In this document: positions 26,481 through 35,578 of the stretch, one piece after another | Layout of the letters: every line of letters begins with the position of its first letter | Position numbering within the stretch: position 1 is the first letter of the stretch | Source of the DNA: a virus | Lineage: Duplodnaviria > Caudoviricetes | Virus record (IMG/VR): IMGVR_UViG_3300006204_000008 | Coordinates: 1 to 64,000 of that record | DNA length: 64,000 bases | Strand: one strand, 5' to 3' | Position numbers and translations under genes: made by a program | Notes under the pieces: generated by a model | Seen by the model: the letters and a program-made list of their open reading frames with translations, nothing else | Database searches by the model: none | Told to the model about the DNA's origin: nothing

Positions 26481-27232
26481 GGCAGCGAAGCTGTAAAGGG
26501 TGCGGAACCCCCTTTGTCGGAGAGGGTGAGCAACGGTTTTGCCCCACCTGCCGGATGGCGGCGCGGCAGGCATCGGTGATCCGGACCAGGCAGTGTATCC
26601 AGTGCAGCACACAATTTGAGGGTGGGCCCCGCGCTCGGTATTGCCCCCAATGCCGGACAGAGCGGCAGAGGCAACAGTCCCGAGAGTACCACCAACGCAA
26701 AGCTGCGGGGTCTGTCCGTCCCCTGGGGAGTGTGGACCTTTGTCAGGTATGTGGCGGAGAGTACATTGTTACCGGCGCACTACAGATGTACTGTCCAGCT
26801 TGTGCTGCTGATGCCGTGAGAGATAAGGTTTTGCCGAGCAAACGAGCCCGAGCAAGATATCACGCCGAAGAACAAAGCGCACGGAAAAAAGAGTTGCGCA
26901 AGGAGAGCGCCGTCTGTGCCTACTGCGGCGCGCTGTACACCCCAACGGACGCGGCTGTAACGTGCAGTGAGCAATGCGCCAAAGAGTATAAGCGCATTGT
27001 GCAGGGGATGGCCGACTATAAGCGAGGGAGGCGCAAAAAGCCGCCGGCACATGAGCGATATGCCAGCGGGTTGCCCCAGTCTGATCTCCCCGGTGTGTCT
27101 TATCACAGGAAGCGGAAGAAATGGCAAGTTATCCATCAGGGGAAATATGTTGGGCTTTTTGCATCCCAAGAGGAAGCCGAAGTGGTCAAGAAGAGGTTGG
27201 GAGAACAAGATGTTATGCCAAACGACGAATAA
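26477..27232 (+). CDS. Multi-zinc-ribbon protein with a C-terminal AP2-like DNA-binding domain
   Basis: Repeated CxxC...CxxC units; C-terminal GVSYHRKRKKWQVIHQGKYVGLFASQEEA. Confidence 0.65.
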   Translation: MRQRSCKGCGTPFVGEGEQRFCPTCRMAARQASVIRTRQCIQCSTQFEGGPRARYCPQCRTERQRQQSREYHQRKAAGSVRPLGSVDLCQVCGGEYIVTGALQMYCPACAADAVRDKVLPSKRARARYHAEEQSARKKELRKESAVCAYCGALYTPTDAAVTCSEQCAKEYKRIVQGMADYKRGRRKKPPAHERYASGLPQSDLPGVSYHRKRKKWQVIHQGKYVGLFASQEEAEVVKKRLGEQDVMPNDE

Positions 27233-27271
27233 ACGATATCATTATCCCTGTTCTTTTGTTTATTTTGTGGA

Positions 27272-27300
27272 TTGTATATACACATAATCGCGTGTATAAT
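27272..27300 (+). promoter_or_regulatory. Sigma-A-like promoter with a fourth ATACAC-N8-GTGTAT operator over its spacer
   Basis: TTGTAT(27272)-17 bp-TATAAT(27295); operator at 27278-27297. Confidence 0.7.
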
Positions 27301-27382
27301 AATGGCAGACTCAAACAAGGCGAGACCCCAGAGGTCCACCCAAAGGACACCCCACCAGGGGAAGAAACAGGAGGATTAGAAA

Positions 27383-27691
27383 ATGACTATCGAAATGATG
27401 AAGAAAAACAATGGGGAAACCACCGACAACGGAAAAACCTATGTCCTGACACATCAGGCGAACATTGGAGGCCCCCTGGATGCCCCCTATTATGCGGCAT
27501 ACGCAATCTGCCCGACAGACGGCCCAGACGAAGATGGTCTTTATCCGGTCTATTCTGTCACCTGGTATCCGTCTCAGGAGTGGCTGGACAGCGACCGAGA
27601 GGATGAGGGTTGGGCTTGCAACTGGGAAGAGGCCGATGAATTGTCCGCAACTGGGATGGGATACGACTTGGAGGATGACCGGTTAATTTGA
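27383..27691 (+). CDS. Hypothetical acidic phage protein
   Basis: AGGAGG SD, 102 aa. Confidence 0.65.
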   Translation: MTIEMMKKNNGETTDNGKTYVLTHQANIGGPLDAPYYAAYAICPTDGPDEDGLYPVYSVTWYPSQEWLDSDREDEGWACNWEEADELSATGMGYDLEDDRLI

Positions 27692-27771
27692 GCACCATCA
27701 AAACCCACCTGATGAGAGCCCGGAGGCACCGGGCCGAAACCACCCCGCAGCCAGCGGCGGCAGCTGCTCAA
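27688..27771 (+). ncRNA. Hammerhead-like element (type I topology), probably degenerate
   Basis: CTGATGA 27709-27715, stem II GCCCGG/CCGGGC, GAAA 27736-27739, closing pair TTGAGCA/TGCTCAA; no properly placed GUH triplet with proximal stem I. Confidence 0.45.
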
Positions 27772-27847
27772 GTCTCCCGTGGTATGGAGCGATGAGGCCC
27801 GCCGCAAGCCCCAGAATACCGCGAGATTGACAAGGAGGTATAACCCC

Positions 27848-28012
27848 ATGGCACGCTATCAAATCACCTACACCAAGGGCAACGCGCCCCTGGTGGCTTG
27901 GGCAGATACGCCGGAGGCAGCGCAGGTCAAAGCGGATCAGCTCCGGCGCGTCGGGTACGCCGTCATGGTGTGGGAGCACACCAAGGCAGGAGCCCGCAAA
28001 GCGGACATCTAA
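27848..28012 (+). CDS. Small hypothetical protein
   Basis: AAGGAGGT SD; followed by a hairpin terminator at 28026-28058. Confidence 0.55.
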   Translation: MARYQITYTKGNAPLVAWADTPEAAQVKADQLRRVGYAVMVWEHTKAGARKADI

Positions 28013-29224
28013 GCAAGACAGCACAGGGCCGGGGGGGGATTATTCCGCCGGCCCTTTTCCATGCCCGCATACGTCAAAATAAGAGCCGCCAAGGACGCCC
28101 ATCACCCCATGAGTTTTGGGGCCGCATTCCCTGGCGGTTCTTGCTTTTTATACTTTCTTCAGGGGGCAATTCTTTAGCGCGCTACTGTGTTCCCTCTACC
28201 CCTGCGCGCGCACGCGTGCGCGTATATATAATATATTTATATAAGCGAGCGCCCCCAGCGTAAGCGTCGGGGCGTGAGATACTTACATGACCATATACTG
28301 TGAGCGGCCAGCGCAAGTGAGGCCGCGGATGGTCTTTACTCGTGAGGCGGACGCGCAAGCGCTCCGCCGGATTGAGTATATCCACCCACAGAGCGCGACG
28401 AGCGTCAGCAATGTCGCGCGAGAGTATCACAGCCGGGGCGGTGCTGGTGTTGGTGATGGGGGGATGGATGAGTGAGGGCGCAAGCCTGCGGACTCTCCCG
28501 CCCTACTCCTGCCCTCCCTGCGGCCTGCTGCGGTTTTGGGGCTCGCTCTGCTCGCCTTGCGTGGTATACGATTAGTATATTATATACAATACTTACAGTT
28601 ATACGTACATCAGGAAGAAGGTTGACGTAGAAAAAAACGAAGAGGACCAAAGCCACTGCGAAGATGGCGGAGAAACCAGAGCCCACCAAAGGGGGAGGGA
28701 AAGAAGAGATCAGCAGGGAAGAAACAGAGCGGGGGCCCAACAGGAGAGAGGGGAAGAAAAAACGGGGAGAAGATGGGGAGATGGGGAGAGGGAAGGGAGT
28801 GTGTAGGAGGATGGAAAGAGTCACCGCGCGGCTGATGTTCCTGCTCAAAGCCATGAGGGCCCGCGCGATGATCCAAGCGCGAAGTGTGAAAAAGGCACGG
28901 ATCAGGCGGGAGACGCGCCACCTTGGCGGTCAAGTGGCAAGTGTTGTGATTCCTGCGAAGAATCACAACACTTGAAACCCATATACAGGCTTGAATAGAA
29001 AATAAAGGGTAAAACAGGGAGGCGGGGGAGTGCTTTTGCCGCAAGCACCCCCCTGGTTTGCAGTTTGGACCCCCTTTTTGGGCACGGTATACCTACTAGC
29101 TCTTCTTTCCGCTCCCATGTTCTCCATACCCCTCTGAACAGCGCACCCATCACCCAAGAACAAACTTAAACATCCAACCGCATGAGAAGCTTGGATAATA
29201 TATCGAAAAGATAGACATTAGCAT

Positions 29225-29359
29225 TTGACAAATGCTGGATTTATGCTATAATGAGGGCTGAAAGTGAATAAGTAATCCTCACCGCAAGCAGGCGGCGGGA
29301 AGAGCCAAGCTGGGCTGAATCTATTTCCAGAGATGGAGATGGGTTTAGCCCAGTTTTTT
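29225..29359 (+). promoter_or_regulatory. Late-operon leader 1: promoter, conserved 31-nt hairpin motif, intrinsic terminator
   Basis: TTGACA(29225)-16-TATAAT(29247); CCTCACCGCAAGCAGGCGGCGGGAAGAGCCA at 29277-29307; CTGGGCT...AGCCCAG plus T run. Confidence 0.8.
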
Positions 29360-29393
29360 ATATCAAGAAATCAAGGGAGGAGGTGATGAGGAC

Positions 29394-29924
29394 GTGAGTG
29401 TAAGTGAAAACTACGGCTTTCAGCGCTGGCCCATGCTGCGGGAACCTTCCCGGGCTGTGACAGACGCCATGGAGAGAGCCATGCGCTTTATGGACAGCTG
29501 CAAAGAATCGGTCCTCATTTTGGAAGGGATGCCTATGACGGCACTGTGCATCCACAAGCAGGCCCATACCTACGGGGAGCTCTGGGACCAATTCGGTGAG
29601 ATACTGCACCAGCGTCATTTTATCCAGGAGTTTCCTGGAACGCCGGAGCTGGACGAAAAGCCGGACCTGAGCAGAGCCTTCGAGATCATGCTGGACTGCA
29701 TGGAGCGGGTCATTACAGCCCTGGGAGAGTTCATCTTGGCGGCGGACGCCAACCGTCTTTATCCCCTGGGCCGGGAGGCAGAAAACCTGCAGATGGAGGT
29801 CAGCGGGGATATGACCCGCTGGCTGGAAGCGGCAAGGCTTTGGGAGGATTCGGCGGGAAGCAAGGTATCCTTCGAGAAATGGATGAGGGACTTCTTCGAT
29901 GCAGGACCGGATACGGCGGAATGA
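29394..29924 (+). CDS. Helical protein, possibly ferritin-like
   Basis: Four-helix pattern with HKQAH and ENLQ; first gene of the head operon. Confidence 0.45.
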   Translation: MSVSENYGFQRWPMLREPSRAVTDAMERAMRFMDSCKESVLILEGMPMTALCIHKQAHTYGELWDQFGEILHQRHFIQEFPGTPELDEKPDLSRAFEIMLDCMERVITALGEFILAADANRLYPLGREAENLQMEVSGDMTRWLEAARLWEDSAGSKVSFEKWMRDFFDAGPDTAE

Positions 29925-29937
29925 GAGGGGAAGTGCG

Positions 29938-31347
29938 ATGAAAGCAGTGAAAACGAAGCCTCTGCTGGACCCCATTCGTGTGGTACAGACGGGAGAGCTG
30001 AAAGTTCTGCGCAGACAGAACGCCTTTCTCTCCGACGTGGAGCTCTGGGTACTCAACGACCTGGTCAACCGAAATAACTGGCGGTTCGTCAACCTGGAGG
30101 AGCATCGGGCCCTCTTTGCTGGGACGCCGATCCTCATCGCCTACATCCACAAGGGAGCGGGCATCGGAGACGGCCATAACTTTGAGCTGCGCCGGGACCC
30201 CAAGACGGGGAAGAACCGTCCGTCCTTCACGGCGGACACGGCGGAGCGGATCGTGGGATCTCTGTCGGATGATCCCGGCGATATCCGGCTGGAAGAGAAA
30301 GGCGGCGTGACTTGGGTGGTCGCCCGGGGAACACTCTGGAACTTCTACGCGCCGGAGCTGGTGGACAAGATCACGGCGGATGCTGCGCAGGGACGGACCA
30401 TGTCGGTGAGCATCGAAGCCCTGGTCCAGGAGTTCCACATAGGCGAAGAGGGCGAGGAAGTGGAGGACCGGTGGATTCCTCTGGGCACCACCATCCTGGG
30501 GGACCACGTTGCCCCTGCAGTGAAAGACGCCCGGATCGTAGCAATGCAGGAGGGCGGGAGCTTTGAGGAATTGAAGGTCCGGGCAGCCTCGTATGCGAGA
30601 AACAACGGCAACCAAAAGAACGGAAGAGGAGGGAGCGCAAAGATGAACAAGAAAGCCATGGAACAGCTGGCTGCTAAGTTTGAGGGCTATAAGGTCCTTG
30701 CTGTGTCCAAGGACGGACGGCGTGTCATTCTTTTGGACCAGGGGGGCGGGGCCTACGGCTACACCTTCGGGGAAGAGGACCAGGGCGAAGTTATCCAGGC
30801 CAAGATCAAGCCCACGGAGCTGAGTGTCCGCACCGCGGCTGAGGACGGCGAAGAGGGCCTGAGCCTGGACATGGACGACATTCTGGACCATGTGACCAAC
30901 AGCGTTCGGGATCAGGCAAAGACCATTGAGAACCTGAACAAGCAGCTGGAGGAGGCCAACGCCGCCGTGGAGGCCATGAAGCAGGCCGAACAGCAGCGCC
31001 GGGTGGACAGCGTCAAGGATGTGCTCACACGCACTCTGGAGGAAATCAGGGAAAACACTGGCGCGGATGTCTCCGAGCTGGCGGAAAAGGTCAAAGAGCT
31101 GTCGGATAAAGCGGAAAACTATGCGCAGCTGGAGGACAGCGAGGGCAAGTTCTGCGGCGCAGACCAGGCCAAGAAAGACCTCCTGGCGATTCACGGGGAA
31201 CTCTGCATCAAGAAAGCGAAGGCGCAGAAGCTGGCGGAGAAGAACACCTACATCTGGGATCATCTGCGGCGCAGCAGCGCCGGCAGCGGTGAGGATGATG
31301 GCGGGATTGCCGGACTGCTGGCCAGAAACGGAATCACCAACGAGTAA
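29938..31347 (+). CDS. Prohead protease/scaffolding protein (SPbeta YonD-like position)
   Basis: Globular N-terminal domain (NRN..., GTPILIAY, MSVSIE) plus a long coiled-coil C-terminus, upstream of the capsid genes. Confidence 0.65.
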   Translation: MKAVKTKPLLDPIRVVQTGELKVLRRQNAFLSDVELWVLNDLVNRNNWRFVNLEEHRALFAGTPILIAYIHKGAGIGDGHNFELRRDPKTGKNRPSFTADTAERIVGSLSDDPGDIRLEEKGGVTWVVARGTLWNFYAPELVDKITADAAQGRTMSVSIEALVQEFHIGEEGEEVEDRWIPLGTTILGDHVAPAVKDARIVAMQEGGSFEELKVRAASYARNNGNQKNGRGGSAKMNKKAMEQLAAKFEGYKVLAVSKDGRRVILLDQGGGAYGYTFGEEDQGEVIQAKIKPTELSVRTAAEDGEEGLSLDMDDILDHVTNSVRDQAKTIENLNKQLEEANAAVEAMKQAEQQRRVDSVKDVLTRTLEEIRENTGADVSELAEKVKELSDKAENYAQLEDSEGKFCGADQAKKDLLAIHGELCIKKAKAQKLAEKNTYIWDHLRRSSAGSGEDDGGIAGLLARNGITNE

Positions 31348-31370
31348 GGAAAAGGGAGGGACAATTCAAG

Positions 31371-31970
31371 ATGGCCTATATTGAAAAAACTGCTTTTGAG
31401 GCGCGGATCACGAACAACGAGTTCAACGAGCTTGTGAATGTGACGGGCCGATTCCAGACGGATGAGACGGATGACGTGTGTTCGGCCGGGATGCTGTGCG
31501 TGAGAGGGGATCAGCTTCCTTGTGCTGGTTTTCCTGCCTCTGTGAAGAACGAAAATGCTTGGTATATGACGGCTGCGGCATCAACGGTGAATGCCAACGA
31601 AGTGATTTATGCCAGCAACACCTATGACTGGAACCTGCTTCAGGACCCCGTGACAGGCAACGCCTATGCCGTCGGGGTGGAGACCCTGGGTCTGCCCATC
31701 CCCAAGGGCCGGGACGGGACTTTCACGCAGATCGTGTTTGACGGCGTTCATGTGTACCGCTTTGGTGAGGGCAACTTCTCTGCGGAAGTGGGGAGTAATA
31801 CGTTCTTCACGATTGCGGATGGGCTTCTGGTGCCTGCCGCCGCTGCTCCGACGGCTGCCGGGGCCATTTACTTCAAGCTCCGGGGTACCGGCAGCTTCAC
31901 GGTAGGTACCCGTCAGGCATTCGGTTATGTGGACGTGGTGGCGTGCAAAGTCAACGCTGCCGGCAACTGA
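31371..31970 (+). CDS. Capsid decoration/auxiliary head protein
   Basis: Beta-rich 199-aa protein between scaffold and capsid genes. Confidence 0.5.
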   Translation: MAYIEKTAFEARITNNEFNELVNVTGRFQTDETDDVCSAGMLCVRGDQLPCAGFPASVKNENAWYMTAAASTVNANEVIYASNTYDWNLLQDPVTGNAYAVGVETLGLPIPKGRDGTFTQIVFDGVHVYRFGEGNFSAEVGSNTFFTIADGLLVPAAAAPTAAGAIYFKLRGTGSFTVGTRQAFGYVDVVACKVNAAGN

Positions 31971-31987
31971 GAGAGGAGGAAGACAGA

Positions 31988-33226
31988 ATGAAACTTTCCT
32001 TGAACAGCATTCCTCAGAGTGTATTTTCTGTGCGGGCGTGCGACACCCAGGACAAGACCAGCGAGAGGGCGAACCTGGTTGCCTTGGGCCGTCTGCTGAA
32101 CTTCTCTTATGCGGAGCAGGGTAAGCGGATGCTGGATAAGGCCAAGGGCATGGATGTCATTGGCGACCGTTTGCCGCTGACGGCTCAGGCATACCGGGAA
32201 ACCAACGAGAAGTTCCGCCAGGGCCATCTGCTCTATGCGGCGAAGCGTCTGTGCGACTTTACAGGTCAGCAGGCCCCGGAGGATTTTGAGGCATTCAAGC
32301 GTCAGTCCCAGAACTACTACGGAAACCCTGACTTCTACCGGATTCTCCAGGGCATCTATGTAGAGATCATCACGCCGATCCTGCCGTCTGTGTACTCTGA
32401 GGCGGTGAGCCTGTTTGCTGAGGTGGTAGAGGTCGGCTTCGGGGAGACCTACACGGTGCAGGTAGGCTCCAACGACATTCCTGTGTTCCAGGATTCCTCC
32501 TGGGGCGCTTCTCGGTCGGTGCCCCGCAATCGCTTCTATGATGCGTCTTACACGCTGAATCCCTCTCCGAAGAGTGCGTGGATCACGGCAAAGTGGACCC
32601 AGCTGGTGGGTAACGGCATGGACTTCGGACGGTTCTTCGCCAACATTGCCGCCGGTATGTATGCCAAGACCATGGGGATGTTCAATCAGGCGATGGTTAC
32701 GGCCACTGCTGACACCAGCCTGATTCCTGCCGGCTTGAACTACACCTTCAACACCCCCAACTGGGTTGCGGCATCTGCCAAGGTGGCGGCACTGAACGGC
32801 ACGATTATCAGCAACGTGTTCGCCACGGGGGCGGCCGTGCCGCTGAGCAAGGTGCTTCCCACCAACGTGACCGGCAGCACCAACGTGAATATGGATGCAG
32901 CCATCGCCACGCTGCTGGGCGCAGACTATACCCGCAGCGGCTACCTGGGCGAGTTCATGAGTGTTCGCCTGATTCCCTTCATGGATGCTGTGGTACCGGG
33001 CACCCAGAACACCACGGTTGACCTGATCACCAGCCAGACGGATATCTGGATGATGGCGGGGAACGGACTGAAGCCTCTGACGATGGCCTTCAACCGCGAC
33101 ACACCCATTACCATTGAGATGGACCCGACCAAGACGGCGGATTTCGAGATCGGATTCAACCTCACCATGGCGCTGGATTCCGTAGCGGTGTTCGCCGGCA
33201 AAATCGCGCACTTCACGGTGGCCTGA
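31988..33226 (+). CDS. Major capsid protein
   Basis: 412 aa; position after scaffold and decoration genes; composition consistent with an HK97-fold capsid. Confidence 0.7.
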   Translation: MKLSLNSIPQSVFSVRACDTQDKTSERANLVALGRLLNFSYAEQGKRMLDKAKGMDVIGDRLPLTAQAYRETNEKFRQGHLLYAAKRLCDFTGQQAPEDFEAFKRQSQNYYGNPDFYRILQGIYVEIITPILPSVYSEAVSLFAEVVEVGFGETYTVQVGSNDIPVFQDSSWGASRSVPRNRFYDASYTLNPSPKSAWITAKWTQLVGNGMDFGRFFANIAAGMYAKTMGMFNQAMVTATADTSLIPAGLNYTFNTPNWVAASAKVAALNGTIISNVFATGAAVPLSKVLPTNVTGSTNVNMDAAIATLLGADYTRSGYLGEFMSVRLIPFMDAVVPGTQNTTVDLITSQTDIWMMAGNGLKPLTMAFNRDTPITIEMDPTKTADFEIGFNLTMALDSVAVFAGKIAHFTVA

Positions 33227-33406
33227 ATTTTCCGGGGGGAGGGGAGTTCCCTTTCCCCCGCTTTATGCACCTGCGGGAAGAAGCCGGTTCAACTCCGGCG
33301 AGGTGCATTTTGACGGAATGCTATACTAAAAACAGAGGGAACGCAGGGCGGGCAAGCCCCCGCCGCCTCTGACGATAAAACCAAAGGATGGAAAGGAGCG
33401 GACCCA

Positions 33407-34189
33407 ATGGCAAGACAGAAGAAGACGGATCTGCTTCCCGAAGGGGAGCTTATGGAGGAGACCGGCGCGGCCGGCATGACCCTTGGCGAGAGTTCGGAAG
33501 GGGAGCCTCCCACGGAAGAGGCGGAAACCAAGATGGAGACGATTTCTCTGGAAGACAGCGATCTTGCTGTCGAGATGGAGAAACTGCGCCGGCAGAATGA
33601 AACCCTCGTGGAACAGATGGAGATCATGAAGGAGCAGCTGCAAAAGCAGAGTGTCCCGACCGTGGTCCAGGTATCCGCCGAAACGGAGCGGGTTCGCTTC
33701 CTGTGGCAGGCAGAGGTAGCCAACGAAAACATCAAGACCTTTGGGGAAGGCGGGATGTTTGGCCGGATCGTGGGCAAAACGGGAAGCTTCTATGTCCCCA
33801 AGAGCGACTTGGCCCGGGTAATGGATGCGGAAAACCGCCTGTTTTTGGACAAACGCTGGCTGATCGTGGTCAGCGGTTTGGATGAGGAGGAGCGGGAAGC
33901 CCTGGGCGTGAATTATCACGACGGGGAACTGCTTGATCGGAGGGCGTTTGAGAAGATGGTGGAGCTTGGGGACGAGCTGTTGGAGCTGTACCCTGAGCTG
34001 TGTGAGGGGCATAAGGTGATGGTGGCTCAGCGTTACCGGGAAGCCTTTGACCGGGGAAGCCCCCATGTGACCCGGGAGCGTGTGACTGCCCTGCGTGACA
34101 TGGCCCAAACGGCCCATATCACACCCAACCCCTTCACCAGCATCCTGCAGGAGATGAACAAGCGGGAAGCCGGAGAGGGCGAAGGCTGA
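33407..34189 (+). CDS. Hypothetical virion-module protein
   Basis: Acidic N-terminus, coiled coil, follows the capsid gene. Confidence 0.6.
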   Translation: MARQKKTDLLPEGELMEETGAAGMTLGESSEGEPPTEEAETKMETISLEDSDLAVEMEKLRRQNETLVEQMEIMKEQLQKQSVPTVVQVSAETERVRFLWQAEVANENIKTFGEGGMFGRIVGKTGSFYVPKSDLARVMDAENRLFLDKRWLIVVSGLDEEEREALGVNYHDGELLDRRAFEKMVELGDELLELYPELCEGHKVMVAQRYREAFDRGSPHVTRERVTALRDMAQTAHITPNPFTSILQEMNKREAGEGEG

Positions 34190-34200
34190 GGAAGAGACCT

Positions 34201-34251
34201 ATGGCAAAGTGTATAAATACCACTATTTACCAGTGGGGGGGGGCGTTCTGA
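34201..34251 (+). CDS. Poly-G leader peptide 2 (MAKCINTTIYQWGGAF*), G9 at 34235-34243
   Basis: With 8 or 11 G it would end at TGA 34289-34291, overlapping ATG 34291. Confidence 0.7.
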   Translation: MAKCINTTIYQWGGAF

Positions 34252-34290
34252 CCTCCTGATTGGCGAAATGCCCAAAGGGGGGTGCGTCTG

Positions 34291-34800
34291 ATGGCATATG
34301 TTGCCCCCAACTGGAAGAATGGCGCGGCCCCCGCGCTGGATGCCGCAGCCTTACAGGCAATCAGCGACGCCATTGTGGAGTTGCAAAACAAGAATACGTC
34401 CCAGGATAGCCTGATTGCTTCTTTGCAGTCAGAAATTTCATCCCTAAAGGATGGAAATATTCAGGTAGCCAGCGGATCATATTCAGGCACAGGAAGATCC
34501 GGAAGCTATGAAAACAGCACGAGAATTAACTTTCCCTTTGTTCCTGGCGTTATCTTCCTCTATTGCCCTAATGATGGCTGCTGCATGACCATCACTTCGA
34601 GTTCACAACAGAATACAATGTATCTGTTTGGCTCCAGCGGATCTGTGGTTTATGCATTTGATTGGACCCAGATTTCTGTAAGCCCAAAGTATGGTACAGG
34701 ATCTATTGCTTGGTATGGGAGCTCGGCTAAGAGACAGGCGAATGAATCAGGAAAGAAGTATTACTACCGAGCGTTTGGTAGGGTAGAAAAGAGTGCTTGA
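34291..34800 (+). CDS. Cassette 2 putative receptor-binding protein
   Basis: MAYVAPNWKNGAAPALDAAALQAISD N-terminus; GSYSGTG...WY...Q.N...YYY.AFG head domain. Confidence 0.65.
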   Translation: MAYVAPNWKNGAAPALDAAALQAISDAIVELQNKNTSQDSLIASLQSEISSLKDGNIQVASGSYSGTGRSGSYENSTRINFPFVPGVIFLYCPNDGCCMTITSSSQQNTMYLFGSSGSVVYAFDWTQISVSPKYGTGSIAWYGSSAKRQANESGKKYYYRAFGRVEKSA

Positions 34801-34861
34801 TATCCAAAGTTATATTTTGCCATAGGTGTTGCGGCACTGATTTCATAAAGGAGGAATCTGC

Positions 34862-35566
34862 ATGGGCACCACATGGTCAGAAGTTATCACGGACTATGCG
34901 ATGCTGGAGATCAACGACATACGCCTCCAGCAGGAATCGGCACAGAATCCGGCGCAGTTTTTCCGGCGGATGAGTGCGTATATGAAAAATGCGATCCCCC
35001 GATTTACCAGTCCCCCGGAAGAACGGGCGTGGCTTTCCCATACACCCCCTCAGTTTTGGGATACCGCATGGACGGCCCCGGCGGGAGGCGAAGCGGCCAC
35101 GCTGGAGACAGGTCAAACGGGTTTTGAGATGATGAGCGTGGTGGAGGCCCAAGCCGCAAGGACGGGGGAAACCCTTTGGGTGCCGTACACGGAGGCCAGC
35201 TATGACCCGGAGACGGGGGACGTGTGTTTTCCAGCGGGCATCCCGGAGGGGACGCGGTTCCGTCTGGATTTCTTCACCGACGGTGTGTTTGACTACGAAC
35301 TTTCCGAAGAGGAAAAGCATATCCTGGCCCTGTTTATCAAGCTGATCTGGACGAAACGCTTCGCCGGGGACTGGCTGAATATGCAGCCCAAGGTCAAGGA
35401 TAAGAGTTTCAGCACCGGCGCAGAGTCGAACCAGATTCGGGCCATGACGGAGCGGGGAACAGCAGACAGCTATGATGTGTATGCGCAGATGGCAACGTAT
35501 GCGCAGAACGTGGAATATCTGAACCTTCTGCGGCAGGGCCGTGTCCCGACCCCCAGGAGGCCATGA
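34862..35566 (+). CDS. Putative head-tail adaptor/neck protein
   Basis: Position after the capsid genes; AAGGAGG SD. Confidence 0.5.
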   Translation: MGTTWSEVITDYAMLEINDIRLQQESAQNPAQFFRRMSAYMKNAIPRFTSPPEERAWLSHTPPQFWDTAWTAPAGGEAATLETGQTGFEMMSVVEAQAARTGETLWVPYTEASYDPETGDVCFPAGIPEGTRFRLDFFTDGVFDYELSEEEKHILALFIKLIWTKRFAGDWLNMQPKVKDKSFSTGAESNQIRAMTERGTADSYDVYAQMATYAQNVEYLNLLRQGRVPTPRRP

Positions 35567-35578
35567 GGGGAAAAGGCT

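Noticed and set aside
28287-29163. ORFs in the pre-late spacer
   Set aside because: Low-complexity, mutually overlapping, without clear SD or motifs; not called as genes.
34801-34848. Relic C-terminus of an earlier cassette head (YPKLYFAIG...) after the cassette 2 stop
   Set aside because: The resemblance to the Y.Y.A(L/I)G end motif is too short to distinguish from chance.
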